Program-made: the position numbers and the translations under genes
Part shown: one piece after another, positions 12,680-24,054 of the stretch
Position numbering within the stretch: position 1 is the first letter of the stretch
Layout: the number at the start of each line of letters is the position of its first letter
From: Octopus sinensis
Lineage: Eukaryota
DNA length: 64,000 bases
Direction of reading: 5' to 3'
Assembly (NCBI RefSeq): GCF_006345805.1
Contig: NC_043013.1
Coordinates: 42,470,001-42,534,000 of the forward strand
The notes under the pieces: model-generated
What the model was told of the DNA's origin: nothing
Database searches by the model: none
The model's input: the letters and a program-made list of their open reading frames with translations, nothing else

Positions 12680-12845
12680 GTGGACAATACATTCACAAAA
12701 CGATCCTAAGATATTTTAAACTTTTAAACCTTTTAAACAATCAAACTTTATATATTTATACATCTATCTATTAATACAATGTTATTTTGGACTTATATCT
12801 TCTGTGATAACTTTTTGATGTAATTTTCCTGCACTTATTTTTATA
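12680..12845. repeat. Right arm of the ~170-bp inverted repeat
   Basis: Reverse complement of 10978-11145. Confidence 0.85.
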
Positions 12846-13005
12846 ATCTATAATCGCTGTTATTAAATGTCTAAATACTTCAATGTTTTAGACATTTCCC
12901 TTCCATTGTTTTGGCTAAAGAAACATTAAAAAAAATATTTATATAGATATCATCACACCCACACAAATTCACATAAACAATATATTTGAAATTTATTCAC
13001 ATTAG

Positions 13006-13052
<47 letters not shown>

Positions 13053-13132
13053 AGAGTATACGAAAAAGACGAAGACTGGTGGTGTACAAAACAAACAGAT
13101 GTATTAGTATAACGCTCAGGAATAGAAAAAGT

Positions 13133-13168
13133 CTTTTACATTCCGAGCCTACGCTCTTCTACAGAAAG
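13133..13168 (-). ncRNA. Degenerate minimal hammerhead-ribozyme-like motif in a small (TA)n-tailed repeat (about 13040-13240)
   Basis: Minus strand CTTT-CTGTAGA-A-GAGC-GTAG-GCTC-GGAA-T-GT-A-AAAG: stems I and II are perfect, with two core substitutions relative to CUGANGA/GAAA. Confidence 0.5.
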
Positions 13169-13761
13169 GGACACAGAAAAATCAAGGAGAGAAAAACATG
13201 TGTGTAGTGGCTAACGATCTATCATGGTGACTGACTTCGGACATATATATAAATTTTCATACACACTTTCTGGTTTATTAACCCCCATAATTGTCATATA
13301 TAGGATAAAGATCTTTCCCAAGTCATATACACTCATGGGGTCAGTTTCTTAGTTTCCATTGTGTATATTATTTACTCCCTGGTTGGGACACTAGTCCATC
13401 ACAGGATTACTAATTCTATACCAGCTGAGTGGACTGGAGCAATGTGAAATGAAGGATTTTGCATCACCTGTTCCCGAACTCAAAACCACAATCTTATAAA
13501 CAATGAGCCCAACACCCTAAACACTAAGACATGTGCTTCCATAATCGTCAAACATACACATACATATATATACACACATAAGAATACTGAGCTTTACAAA
13601 GGAGATGACAGAGGACTGAGTTATGTGGCACATTGCTGTTCTCAAGAAGACACACCCACCACTACAGAATTAATATCCTGAAACCAAGGTGCCACATATA
13701 AAAAAAAAAACATTGGTGTGGGTGCTGATACCATGTAAAAAGCGCTGTACACTCTGTGGAG

Positions 13762-14169
13762 GGATCTTTTCAGTTTGACCGGCAGTTTTTTAAAATAATT
13801 TCCACGTAACTAAACACTTTTAAACTTCGTATACTGGTAGAATGTGTTTATAAAACATCTTTTTCTCTTGGCTTCATTGAGAAAATTCTATAGTTTCTAA
13901 GATATTTGTTGTTTCTTTTCTTCAGTTTCTGCAATTTCAACCAATCAATGACGTCTATTGAGGTGAAAACATTCTGTGCCGTATGAATATGTCCCTCGTT
14001 TAAGAAACAGAATAGGTTTATTTACATTTCTGAAGAAGAAAAAGAGATACCCTTACCCCTAACCCTAAAACAGATTGAAATGCAATAGATCGATACTAGG
14101 GTCATAATTATGGGTGACAATTTCATATGACACCGCTAGAAAAAACTGCCGGTCAAACCGAAAAGATCT
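13762..14169 (+). mobile_element. MITE family M, copy 2
   Basis: Same TIRs as copy 1; TSD CTGTGGAG at 13754-61 and 14170-77. Confidence 0.92.
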
Positions 14170-15203
14170 CTGTGGAGTGGTTGACGTTAAGAACGGCATC
14201 AAGCTGTAGAAGCCAGCCAAAAATAGACTATGGAACCTGGTGTGGCCGCTGGCCTTACCAGTTTTTGTCAAGCTGTCTAACCTGTGCCAGTACGGAAAAC
14301 GGATGTAAAATGATGGTGATGATGATGATGATGATCTACACATAATCATCACCGTCATTTTAACATCCACTTTTCGTTGCTTACACGAGTTGGACCAGAC
14401 ACGGCCAATCTTTTACGAGAAGCTGACTGCAAGAGACACGGTTTGTCATCATGCACACACTTGTACTTCAAAAGAATTCAAGGAAATTTTCCGTTGGCGT
14501 ACACATTCAGGAAGTCCAGCAAGCCGCAGTTTGTTCCCCCCATGACTGGGTTAGTCAAACTCGAGACAGGAAGAGCAACTGGCTGCAGACGTTCCTTCCT
14601 CGGGTTAACTCAATGTAGTTCAACAACCCAGATCTGATTCAAGAGAGATTTGGGCGCCGAAAGAGGAAGAAAGGGAGGGAAAGAGAGAGAGCGTGCGTGT
14701 AATATACAGCTGAAGATTATTGTTTAAAGTGACTGGTGATTAGGTTTGTCGGTGGTTTACTTCTGTCTGCGGTAGAAGCTATTTGGTGTGTGTGTGTATA
14801 TATAGACCGAGGTACCATTCGGTGTATGTATATATTACACCGAGGTACAGTTTGGTGTTCGCCTAACTAAACGTCAGACACGTAAGATAAACACCGGCCA
14901 GTAGGTCACGGAGACATACATTTGTTTATATTGTCGTCAGATAATGTATGCTTCCTTTGCATGTGTGTATATGTGTGTGTATATGCATGCATTGACATCT
15001 GTACTTATCTATATAGTACATAATACGCACACATATATCTATACACATGCGTGCAAAGTTTTTTTAGTTAGTCATTCCAAAAATAGCCTCTCTCTCCCCC
15101 GTGTTAATATATATATATTTATATTTCTCTTGTAACCCACTCTTTACTCCGTGAACTCACTCCGCGATAAAGACTTCGTAACGTGAATTCAAATCGTTTG
15201 AGC

Positions 15204-15346
15204 CATGCCTGTCGCTAAGAGGGTGCACTCACTGGACGGCATTTGCACCCTCAGATTTACTCCACTTTAAGCATTATTACAAATTTACTACCCACCAAGA
15301 ATATTCTGAAGCACTTTGCAGTCGTCGGAGTCTGGCGACGAGCCTG
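15204..15346. mobile_element. Small hAT-type MITE, copy 1
   Basis: Imperfect TIRs CATGCCTGTCGC / GCGACGAGCCTG; 8-bp TSD GTTTGAGC/ATTTGAGC; interior homologous to 21824-22004. Confidence 0.75.
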
Positions 15347-15915
15347 ATTTGAGCGTCTGCTACGTGTTTTTCTAAATTGAGCATCTCTGGATCTCACCTG
15401 CTCTCTCTCTCTCTCTCTCTCCCTCTCACTCACTCACTCAACTCACACACACAAAGGAAATAGAAGCACGTGAACTTAGGCAGTGCTGCGTTGGTTCGTC
15501 TCAGCGAGATAAAATGTTCAATGCTAGCGCACAGCGACTCAACAGGTAGTCGGTGCAATGGAATTAAATCTAAGTGAATTAAACGGAAACAAGAGACCTC
15601 GAAATATACCACGAAGCAGCATGGAACATTTAATACACATTCCCTTACATGTGTGTGTGTGTTATTACACACACACACACACACACACAGCATTATTAGA
15701 GAATACTATTATAGCAGTTACTCAAGCGCCTTAGTATCGTCTCAAAATGTATTTTTAACACTTGTAGCTTTCTCAGTTTCTGCTTTATGTAGGGGTATAA
15801 ATACATGTGTGTGTGTCTTTTATCCTTTACTAGTTTCGGTCATTAGACTACGGCCATGCTGGGGCACTGCCTGAAAGGGTTTTAGTCGAACAAATCATCC
15901 ATCCCAGTGCTTATT

Positions 15916-16335
15916 GGATCTTTTCGGTTTGAACGGCAGTTTTTTTAAAATAATTTCCACGTAACTAAACACTTTTAAACTTCGTATACTGGTAGAATGT
16001 GTTTATAAAACATCTTTTTCTCTTGGCTTTATTGAGAAAATTCTATAGTTTGTAAGATATTTGTTGCTTTTTTTTTCTTCAATTTCTGCAATTTCAACCA
16101 ATCAATGACGTCTATTGGGGTGAAAACATTCTGTGCCGTATGAAAATGTCCCTCGTTTAAGAAACAGATTGGGTTTATTCACATTTCTGAAGAAAAAAAA
16201 GATACCCTTCCCCCACCCGTAACCCTAACCCTAAAATAGATTGAAATGCAATAGATCAATACTAGGGTCATAATTATGGGTGACAATTTCATACGACACC
16301 GCTAGAAAAAACTGCCGTTCAAGCCGAAAAGATCC
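15916..16335 (+). mobile_element. MITE family M, copy 3, inserted in a SINE A
   Basis: TIRs as in copy 1; TSD TGCTTATT at 15908-15 and 16336-43; the SINE A sequence resumes on both sides. Confidence 0.92.
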
Positions 16336-16603
16336 TGCTTATTTTTTTTAAAAGCCTGTTGGTTATTCTATCGGATCTCTTTTTGCCGAAATGCTAGTTA
16401 CGCGGACATAAACAAACGAAGACCTGTTGTCAAGCGATGGGGAGGAACCAACACTAACACGCAAATATTTAAATTTAGTCTTGAGAAACTCAGCGTTAAG
16501 CATGTGTGTGTGTGTGTGTGTGTGTGTGGATGAATGGATGCTTTTTTTTACATCTCTTCATGTATAAACATACATCTGCCTGTGTAGATGCGTGAGCATA
16601 CAC

Positions 16604-16645
<42 letters not shown>

Positions 16646-17795
16646 GCACGCACGGGCACACAAGCACGCACTGTTACCGATAAGAGAAGGCAGGGGGGGA
16701 GGGAGAAGTAAATGAAGGTCACGTGAGGGTGGTGTTGTGTCAAGCAGAACTAGCAACCTTCCTACCGAGAGAGAGAGAGAGAGAGAAAAGAAGACTGGCT
16801 TTTCTTTTTTCCTTTCAGCTCTTACTATGACAACCCAGTCTCGCTGGCTCCCTTGGTGGCGACTGTGGCACCGGTGGTGGAGACAGAGCTAGGCGGCGGC
16901 GTGGTTAAACGTCTCCCCTCTCGTTTAACTTTACTCCTCCTCACGCCCCTCCCCTCCCCCCACTTCTTCCTGAACTTATTTTCTCTCTCTCTCTCTCTCT
17001 CCCTCTCTCTTTCTTGCTTCCTTTCTGATTCAGTTGTTTCCTGAACTTGCTCCGCCCAGTTGCCTCACGAATATGCGCGCACACACACACATTTTCATAC
17101 ATATATCTATATATATGTATATATATATATAGTATATATATACTATGTAAATACTTTCAGCCATCATATTTCTTTCATTGTATACGCACCTTGATTTCTC
17201 TAAATCTCTTTTACTAGTTTGCCTTGCCTGTAGCGTGTAAATTATATACAGAGATTATGTGTATATGTGTACGATTTCTTCCGCGTATGTGTATGTGTAC
17301 AATTTCTTCCGTATGTGTATGTGTAAGGGGTTATGCGATTGCTTCATGTATATGCGTGTAAGTGTGTACGTACGTAAGTTCGCGCACAGTCGTCTGTACA
17401 AGAAAGCGAGTACTGCTCGATACATAAAATTTCATTCATTCTAAATAAGCTGTCTGTCTGCGTGTTTGTCTCTCTTTTCGTATGCGCGTATGTAAGTACG
17501 TGTGTGTATATATATATGTGTGTGTGTCTAAGTATGTTTACGTAACAATGCGTGTGTTTATATATAAATATATATATATAATCGAGAGAGAGATACGGAC
17601 TATTTCCGCTCATATGAACTTAGTACTACACGTCTCACATACATATAGACAGAGAGACAGGCAGGTCTGGTCTCGCTTCTCACACACCATATACCTCTTC
17701 ACACTCTTAATATATCACTAATGGCCTGCTTTGGGTTTCCTTCCACTGTGTGGTGGTGGTGGTGGAGACGACTAGGGGCGGGGGGACAGGACGTA

Positions 17796-17888
17796 ATGCG
17801 GCATGGCGGCCGGGTGTCTCGGTGCCTTCGTAGCAGTCCCAGTGGTTGTGGTGGTTGCTTATGGCAATGGGTCTAGTTATGGCGCTTG
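17796..17888 (+). CDS. Candidate first coding exon (signal peptide) of the BMPR2-like gene; speculative
   Basis: One frame reads ...QWLWWLLMAMGLVMAL with a phase-1 donor CTTG|GTGTGA, which would join the 60535 exon as ...MAL-V-RA-EEDENH. An upstream in-frame TAG means either a start at ATG 17861 or one missing base near CCC 17838-40 to use ATG 17796 or 17721. Confidence 0.25.
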
Positions 17889-18146
17889 GTGTGATCCCTG
17901 GTGGTGGAGATTGTTGTTGGTGTTTAACCCCCAGATCAGGACTTGATCCTGCCAAACCATTGATCAAAGGCAGCCTTGATCTGCGTCTTCCTTTTTCTTT
18001 TCTTTGCGGGCATAATGTATCGAAGACTAACATTATTGAGTGGTGCCCTTTCCTTTTCTTGATGTGAAATTTGGTTGTTATTTCTAGCATGTCTCTTATA
18101 ACAATAATGGTGATATTGGTTTGCTATTTATGACTGTGATTCTTAC

Positions 18147-18184
<38 letters not shown>

Positions 18185-19270
18185 CAGAAGCAGTAGTAAA
18201 AGTAGTAATGGTGTTGGTGGTCGTCGTTACTTTGTTCTAATCGAACAAACTCATAATCAAAGAAAGGTAGGTATTCCAACCACGACCACCTCGTCTGTTC
18301 TAAAGCTGTCTAGGACCACATGATCCAAAATCCTTTGTGCTCGTTCGTTCATTTCCCAAAATTGTGTGGGATGATATTTGAAGGCGATTTGGTTGCCATT
18401 TCTAGCAAGTTGAGCGACCACATAGAACCTCACTCGTTTGAGCTCTCACTGAAGAAACGCCTGGTCAACGGCGTTACAACCTTGACCATTCCAAAATCTT
18501 ATTACCCATACATCAGGGACGTGATTTGAATGAGATTTGGCTGCTATTTCTTGGAAAGGCCTCCCTCGTCGACACATGCACACAGAGTAACGTGTATGTG
18601 TGTGTATGATTATACTCATACACACTCGAAACTGCTTGTTGAAATCACTTAGGCACAGAGATTCTTTTAAATAACAATAACCACCTGATAGCATTAAACG
18701 GAAGCTAGAACAGTATTCTGAGCGTATTTCCATTAATTTTAATGACAATAACCATTTGATAATAATAATAATCGACTTCCACTGCGTGTGTGTAGGTGGA
18801 CAGGCAGGTAATTAGATAGATAGATAGATAGATAGGTAGAGGTAGATTAATTGATTAGTGAAGACGGTGGTAATGATAGTGTGAATGGTCACGGCTAGAA
18901 CGTCTTTGATCATAGATCTATCTACCCAATCACGTCTGACCTGGGACTAAACAACTCGTGACCGCCATTTCTCGAAGTTCTGTGTATGTCGTGTGTTTCT
19001 TTGTTATGTGTGGTGGTAATAATAACGATTACAGCAAAGGTTTAGGGTTAGTAATAATGATTGGTAGTCGATGTGTGCATGTGCGATGTCTGCAGTTTTT
19101 GTGAATGTGTATATGTATATATATATATATATGAGTGTGTGTCGCTATTTAGTTTATATATATATATATGTGTGTGTTAAGAATAATTAATTTGTTATTC
19201 TGCAAAAGTATGGATTAGCCTTCCAAAATAATGTAAAGTTATTTTTATTATAACTGAATATGAAAACAAA

Positions 19271-19307
<37 letters not shown>

Positions 19308-19310
<3 letters not shown>

Positions 19311-19455
19311 CGCCGAGGTCGACTTTGCATTTCATCCTTTCGGGGTCGATAAATTAAGTACCAGTTACGCACTGGGGTCGATGTAATCGACCTAATCCGT
19401 TTGTCTGTCCTTGTTTGTCCTCTCTGTGTTTAACCCCTTGTGGGTAGTAAAGAAA
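19308..19455 (+). mobile_element. SINE family B, 5'-truncated, CpGs intact
   Basis: TTCCGCCGAGGTCGACTTTG...GGGTAGTAAAGAAATA. Confidence 0.85.
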
Positions 19456-20097
19456 TATATATATATTTATATAGTTTGTAAAGTTTCTCGTAGTATGTAT
19501 GAGGAGACTCGAGGAAACTCTTATGATCAAATGCACTCCGGCCGTGACCATCTTGTGATATATCCAGGAATATACGATTTAACGTGTCTTGGTTATTAAG
19601 GCAACGGCGTGTAATTTCACCGAAATTTCGTTATTATTTGTAGCAAGACGAACAACCACGTAGTGGTTCCCTTGACGGTGTATCTATGTCCTCCCCGGCC
19701 TGCTAGAAATAGCAGCCGAATCTCCCTTAAATCATGCCCATCGTCTTTAAAAAAAAAGTAGAATACACTTTAGATAATCTAGTTCTTGATTATTATCATA
19801 TAAAGACGAAATGGTCACGACTAGAACGTACTGGATCATAAGCCTGCTTAAACAGGGTTCACCTGGGGCTAAACAACAACTCGTGACTACTGTTCCCCTA
19901 AGTTCTGTGTATGCATCTGAGACTGTAGTGTTTACATACATACGAAGTGCGTGTAACGTGTTTACACTGTGTCGGTATTTGATGCGTGCTTCTCTTGTCT
20001 GCGTAATGTGTGGTTCTGTGTAATGGGTGTTCTTTCTATTGGGACTGTAATTGTGTCGGGGTTTGTTGCGTTTGTGTAGTTTTGCTGTACGAATGAC

Positions 20098-20277
20098 GGT
20101 ATGTGTATTTTATACACACACATATGCATATATACAAATATATATATATACATACACACATATACATATATATAAATATATATAAGCATCTACATATAAA
20201 CATATATACATGCATACATATATATATATATGTATGCATATATATATATACATATATATATACACATATATACGAAT

Positions 20278-20328
<51 letters not shown>

Positions 20329-20530
20329 TACATATATATATAAACATATATACATGCATACACATATATATATGTATGCATATATATATACATATATATA
20401 TATACACACATATATATATACATACACACACATATATATATATATATACATATATACAAATATATATATATAATATATATATATATGATTTTTCCAGTTT
20501 CAGCTAATGAGCTGTGGCCATACATATATA

Positions 20531-20574
<44 letters not shown>

Positions 20575-20650
20575 ATATATACATGTATACATATATGTAT
20601 GTATATATATATATACATACATATGCATACATACATTATATATACACACA
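20098..20650. repeat. Long compound (TA)/(CA)/(TG) microsatellite
   Basis: Directly visible; source of several YI-repeat ORFs. Confidence 0.95.
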
Positions 20651-20654
20651 CATT

Positions 20655-21003
20655 TCAGTGCATTGGACTGCGGCCATGCTGGGGCACCGCCTTGTAGGGT
20701 TTGAGTCGAACAAATTGACCCCAGTTAGTATGTGTCTTATACTTTTGCCGAACCGCTATTTTAGGGGATGTAAAGGAACATCTACCGGTTGTGAAGCGGT
20801 GGTGTGAGGCAAGCACAAACAAAATACACATACATACATACATGCGCGCGCGCGTGACGGGCTTCTTTCAGTTTCCGGCGACCAAATCCGCTCAGAAGAT
20901 TTGGGCCGGCCTGGGTTTATAATAGAAGACGCTTACCCAAAATGCTACGTAGTGTGACTGAATCCGAAACCATGTAGTCTAAGAAGCAAACTTCTTACTA
21001 CGC
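20655..21003 (-). mobile_element. SINE family A (diverged), head-to-head with the next copy
   Basis: Reverse complement of the family A sequence. Confidence 0.8.
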
Positions 21004-21031
21004 AACCTATAAATGAAATATAAAATATAAT

Positions 21032-21415
21032 ATGGTCAGTAGCTTGTTTCCCAACCACATGGTTCCGGGTTCAATCCCAGTGCGTGGCACCTCGGGTAAG
21101 TGTCTTCTACTATAGCATCGGGCCGACCAAAGCCTTGTGAGTGGATTTGGTAGACGGAAACTGAAAGAAGCCCGTCTCATATATGTATATATATATATAT
21201 ATATATGTTTGTGCTTCTGTGTTTGTTCCCCCAACATCGCTTAAAAATCGATGCTGATGTGTTTACGTCCCCGTTAATTAGCGGTTCGGCAAAAGAGACC
21301 GATAGAATAAGTACTAGGCTCACAAAGAATAAGTCCTGGGGTCGATTTTGCTCGACTAAAGGCAGTGCTCCAGCATGGCCGCAGTCAAATGACTGAAACT
21401 AGTAAAAGAGTAAAG
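21032..21415 (+). mobile_element. SINE family A, full length
   Basis: Well-preserved copy ending in TGACTGAAACTAGTAAAAG. Confidence 0.92.
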
Positions 21416-21823
21416 AGAGTATATGTGTGTATGTATGTATGTGTAGTGATCTTGTGACCGCAACGTCAATCGCTGTCGTCATTTATTAAAACCTTCCAAA
21501 ATCCGTGTTGTAGACGATTTCATTGGTAGATGGTTTCATGACTAATTTACATATATTTTGACATTTCATCAATAGAGCCAAATCAGATTCGTCCGACGTT
21601 GTCATCAGTTCCGTCTTGCATATTAATCGTTGTTGAGCCGCAGCTCTGCCCTTTTTAGTCCGCATCTCATTAAAGATGTTGACCGATTCTTTCTTCATGC
21701 TTGATATTTGTGTTGTCATAAAAAAAATTTTTGTCTTCATAACTTGTGTTGTTAAAAAGCTTGTTTCCCAACCATGTGATCTTGGGTTTGTCTGGTACCT
21801 TAGGCAAGTGTCTTCTACCGTAT

Positions 21824-22004
21824 CATGCTCGTCCATACGGAGGTGCACTGAACAGCACTGCCCTCCACCCCCTCTATTCAATGGTGTACCCTCAGATTTA
21901 CAGTGACACACTTATTTCGAAACCACTTTACCATTATTGCAAATTAGTCCCCACCCAGTATATTCTGAAGCACCTCCAGGCACTGAAGTCTGACGATGGG
22001 CCTG
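21824..22004. mobile_element. Small hAT-type MITE, copy 2, inserted in a SINE A 5' half
   Basis: Ends CATGCTCGTC / GATGGGCCTG; TSD TACCGTAT/TACCATAT. Confidence 0.75.
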
Positions 22005-22743
22005 TACCATATCCTCCCGGGCCGACCAAAGCCTCGTGAAGGAATTTGGTGAGCGGAAACTGAAAGAAACCAAGAAGCCCGTCGTGAAATCTAATGCTCG
22101 TAGCTTAGTTTTTCCTTGGGGCTGGCCAGATCGGAGCAATCTCAAGATTAATCAGCCGAAATTGCGAGGATGATCCGGTTCTTGACTGAAGATTAGAGGC
22201 TTCGAATTATCCGTCCGTGTTTTTTGTATCGTCTGTTTGAATATTTTGCGTTCTTGTCCCATTTTGTATATATATAGAGAGAGAGAGAGAAAGAGATCAG
22301 TTGCAGGATTCAGTAGAATCTTGGTATATCAGCACGTAGGGCGTCAGGATTGGTCGGGTACTTAGTACTGAACCTCCAGTACGTTGAAGCAACTCATAGT
22401 TGTCATTTGTTGGTAGTACAGTGTGCAGCACGCACACTCACCTATCTATGTAAATATATACATAGACAGATACATAAATACATAGGTACCCAATCCAATA
22501 TAAACTGTCGATCCAACCTAGGAATGGTTGAACAAAAGTGGGATTCAAAATTCGCAACTGTTGCAGCAGCATTTTATTGATGCATTCTCAGATGACATCA
22601 TGGCAAAAAAAAACCCGTTAACGTCAGACAAATTTTAAACATATAAAAAGGTAAGGTAGAAATAGAAGGTGATCTATTGGATCACCTTGGATCGCTAGCC
22701 ACGACACATTCTTTATTTTCTCTCTTTGTTTCTTTCTGTGTTC

Positions 22744-22779
22744 CTTTCTGAGGAAGAGTATAGGTTCGAAATGTTAAAG
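22744..22779 (+). ncRNA. Minimal hammerhead-ribozyme-like motif, tandem unit 1 (unit about 22672-22866)
   Basis: CTTT-CTGAGGA-A-GAGT-ATAG-GTTC-GAAA-T-GT-T-AAAG: both core strands are intact, stem I is CTTT/AAAG, and stem II has two G-U pairs. Confidence 0.6.
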
Positions 22780-22989
22780 AATTTTTCACTTCCCGTGCGT
22801 TAAACTAATACATGTTTGTTGTTTACACCACCTGTCTTCGTTTTTTTGTTTTTTTGTGAATTCTCCATATATATATATATATATATATATTTATTTATAT
22901 ATATTTATTTATTCAAAATGTGACCGCGTGTGTATCGTTGGCGATTTTTGTCCTCCGTCTTCCCTTCCTTGGATCTTTCCTTTTCCTAT

Positions 22990-23024
22990 GTTTCTGACGA
23001 AGATCTCCGCTCGAAACGTTAAAT
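22990..23024 (+). ncRNA. Minimal hammerhead-ribozyme-like motif, tandem unit 2 (unit about 22915-23125)
   Basis: GTTT-CTGACGA-A-GAT-CTCCG-CTC-GAAA-C-GT-T-AAAT: core intact, palindromic ACGT in place of a stem III loop; 246 nt after unit 1. Confidence 0.65.
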
Positions 23025-23667
23025 CCTCCTTCTTTCTTTGCGTTCCTGAGCGTCCAATAACACTATACTTGTTCCACGTCCTCGCGTTGTTGTGTTTTCT
23101 CTTTGTGTTTTCATGTTTGGATTAACTAGATATTATATACATACTAGACATAAGTTTCAATAAACTACAAAATATATATGTGCATATGGTCTTTAGAATG
23201 TCCAAACTTATTTCTGCAAATGTGCCAAGCACCAATGCTGATCATAGTTTAATCAATAAGCGTAGGAGCAAAGAAATGCAGTAAAAATAAGGGTGTTAGT
23301 GGGGCCCCATTTAAGCGGCCCTTCAGAAACTGAACCTCCTTACGATACTCCCTGGGAGTTTATGGTATGAAATTCATTGTCATTGCTCCGATTTGGTCGC
23401 CAGTGCCATGTATTTAGTTTAAAATGCAGTAAAAATAGGCGTGTCGGATGGGACCACAATTACGTGGCCCTTGAAAAAAAATAGCCCACTGCTGGTATAG
23501 AAAAAAGTGCTTTGTAGATAACTAATGCCATCATGTGTGTGTGTATTAAAATATCAATATAGCTATATACAATCATATTTAAGTTGCTTCTATAAACTCG
23601 AACAGGGTAAGACAATAAGCTGTACAAATTTTCTCGAGAAAAAATATTCCCTCTTATAGATAATATA

Positions 23668-24054
23668 CTTTTTTACTCTAGGCACAAGGGCCGAAATTTT
23701 TTTGGTGGGAGGGAACCAGTCGATTAGATCGATCCCATACGCAGCTGGTACTTAATTTATCGACCCCGAAAGGATGAAAGGCAAAGTCGACCTCGGTGGA
23801 ATTTGAACTCAGAACGTAACGGCAGACGAAATACCTATTTCTTTACTACCCACAAGGGGCTAAACACATAGAGGACAGAAACGGGTTAAGTTGATTATAT
23901 CAACCCCAGTGCGTAACTGGTGCTTAATTTATCGACCCCAAAAGGATGAAAGGCAAAGTCGACCTCGGCGGAATTTGAACTCAGAACTCAGCGGCGGACG
24001 AAATACCGCAAAGCATTTCGCCCGGCGTGCTAACGTTTCTGCCAGCTCGCCGCT
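23668..24054 (-). mobile_element. Dimeric SINE family B with a single flanking TSD
   Basis: A full monomer (24054 to about 23836) is followed by a second unit starting inside the tRNA head; flanked by TCTTATAGATAATATA (23652-67) and TCTTATAGGTAATATA (24057-72). Confidence 0.85.

Larger units (their letters stand above)
14640..17100 (+). promoter_or_regulatory. CpG-rich unique region, probable promoter / 5' UTR zone
   Basis: Visibly CpG-rich unique sequence with GA/CT tracts and a GC-rich segment at 16830-16960, upstream of the candidate first coding exon. The regulatory role is inferred. Confidence 0.4.

Noticed and set aside
14050-14070. CCCTAACCCTAA as an interstitial telomere
   Set aside because: Only about two units, and part of the MITE M interior in each copy.
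17889-18067. Remainder of the 73-aa ORF 17846..18067 as coding sequence
   Set aside because: It runs into a dispersed repeat fragment from about 17910; only the hydrophobic 5' part is considered a candidate exon.
18449-18480. CTGAAGA followed by a perfect 6-bp hairpin (AACGCC/GGCGTT)
   Set aside because: It is followed by ACAAC rather than GAAA and has no stem I or III, so it is not a hammerhead.
20036-20697. YI/CV-rich ORFs (also at 117-496, 8307-8756, 32578-33020 and 52534-53521)
   Set aside because: Dinucleotide repeats lack stop codons in several frames; there is no protein-like complexity.
22105-22275. Small repeat (second copy at 8440-8620, minus) with CTGAAGA...TTCGAA...CCGTC
   Set aside because: The repeat is real, but it lacks GAAA and pairable stems I and III; hammerhead status is unsupported from these two copies.
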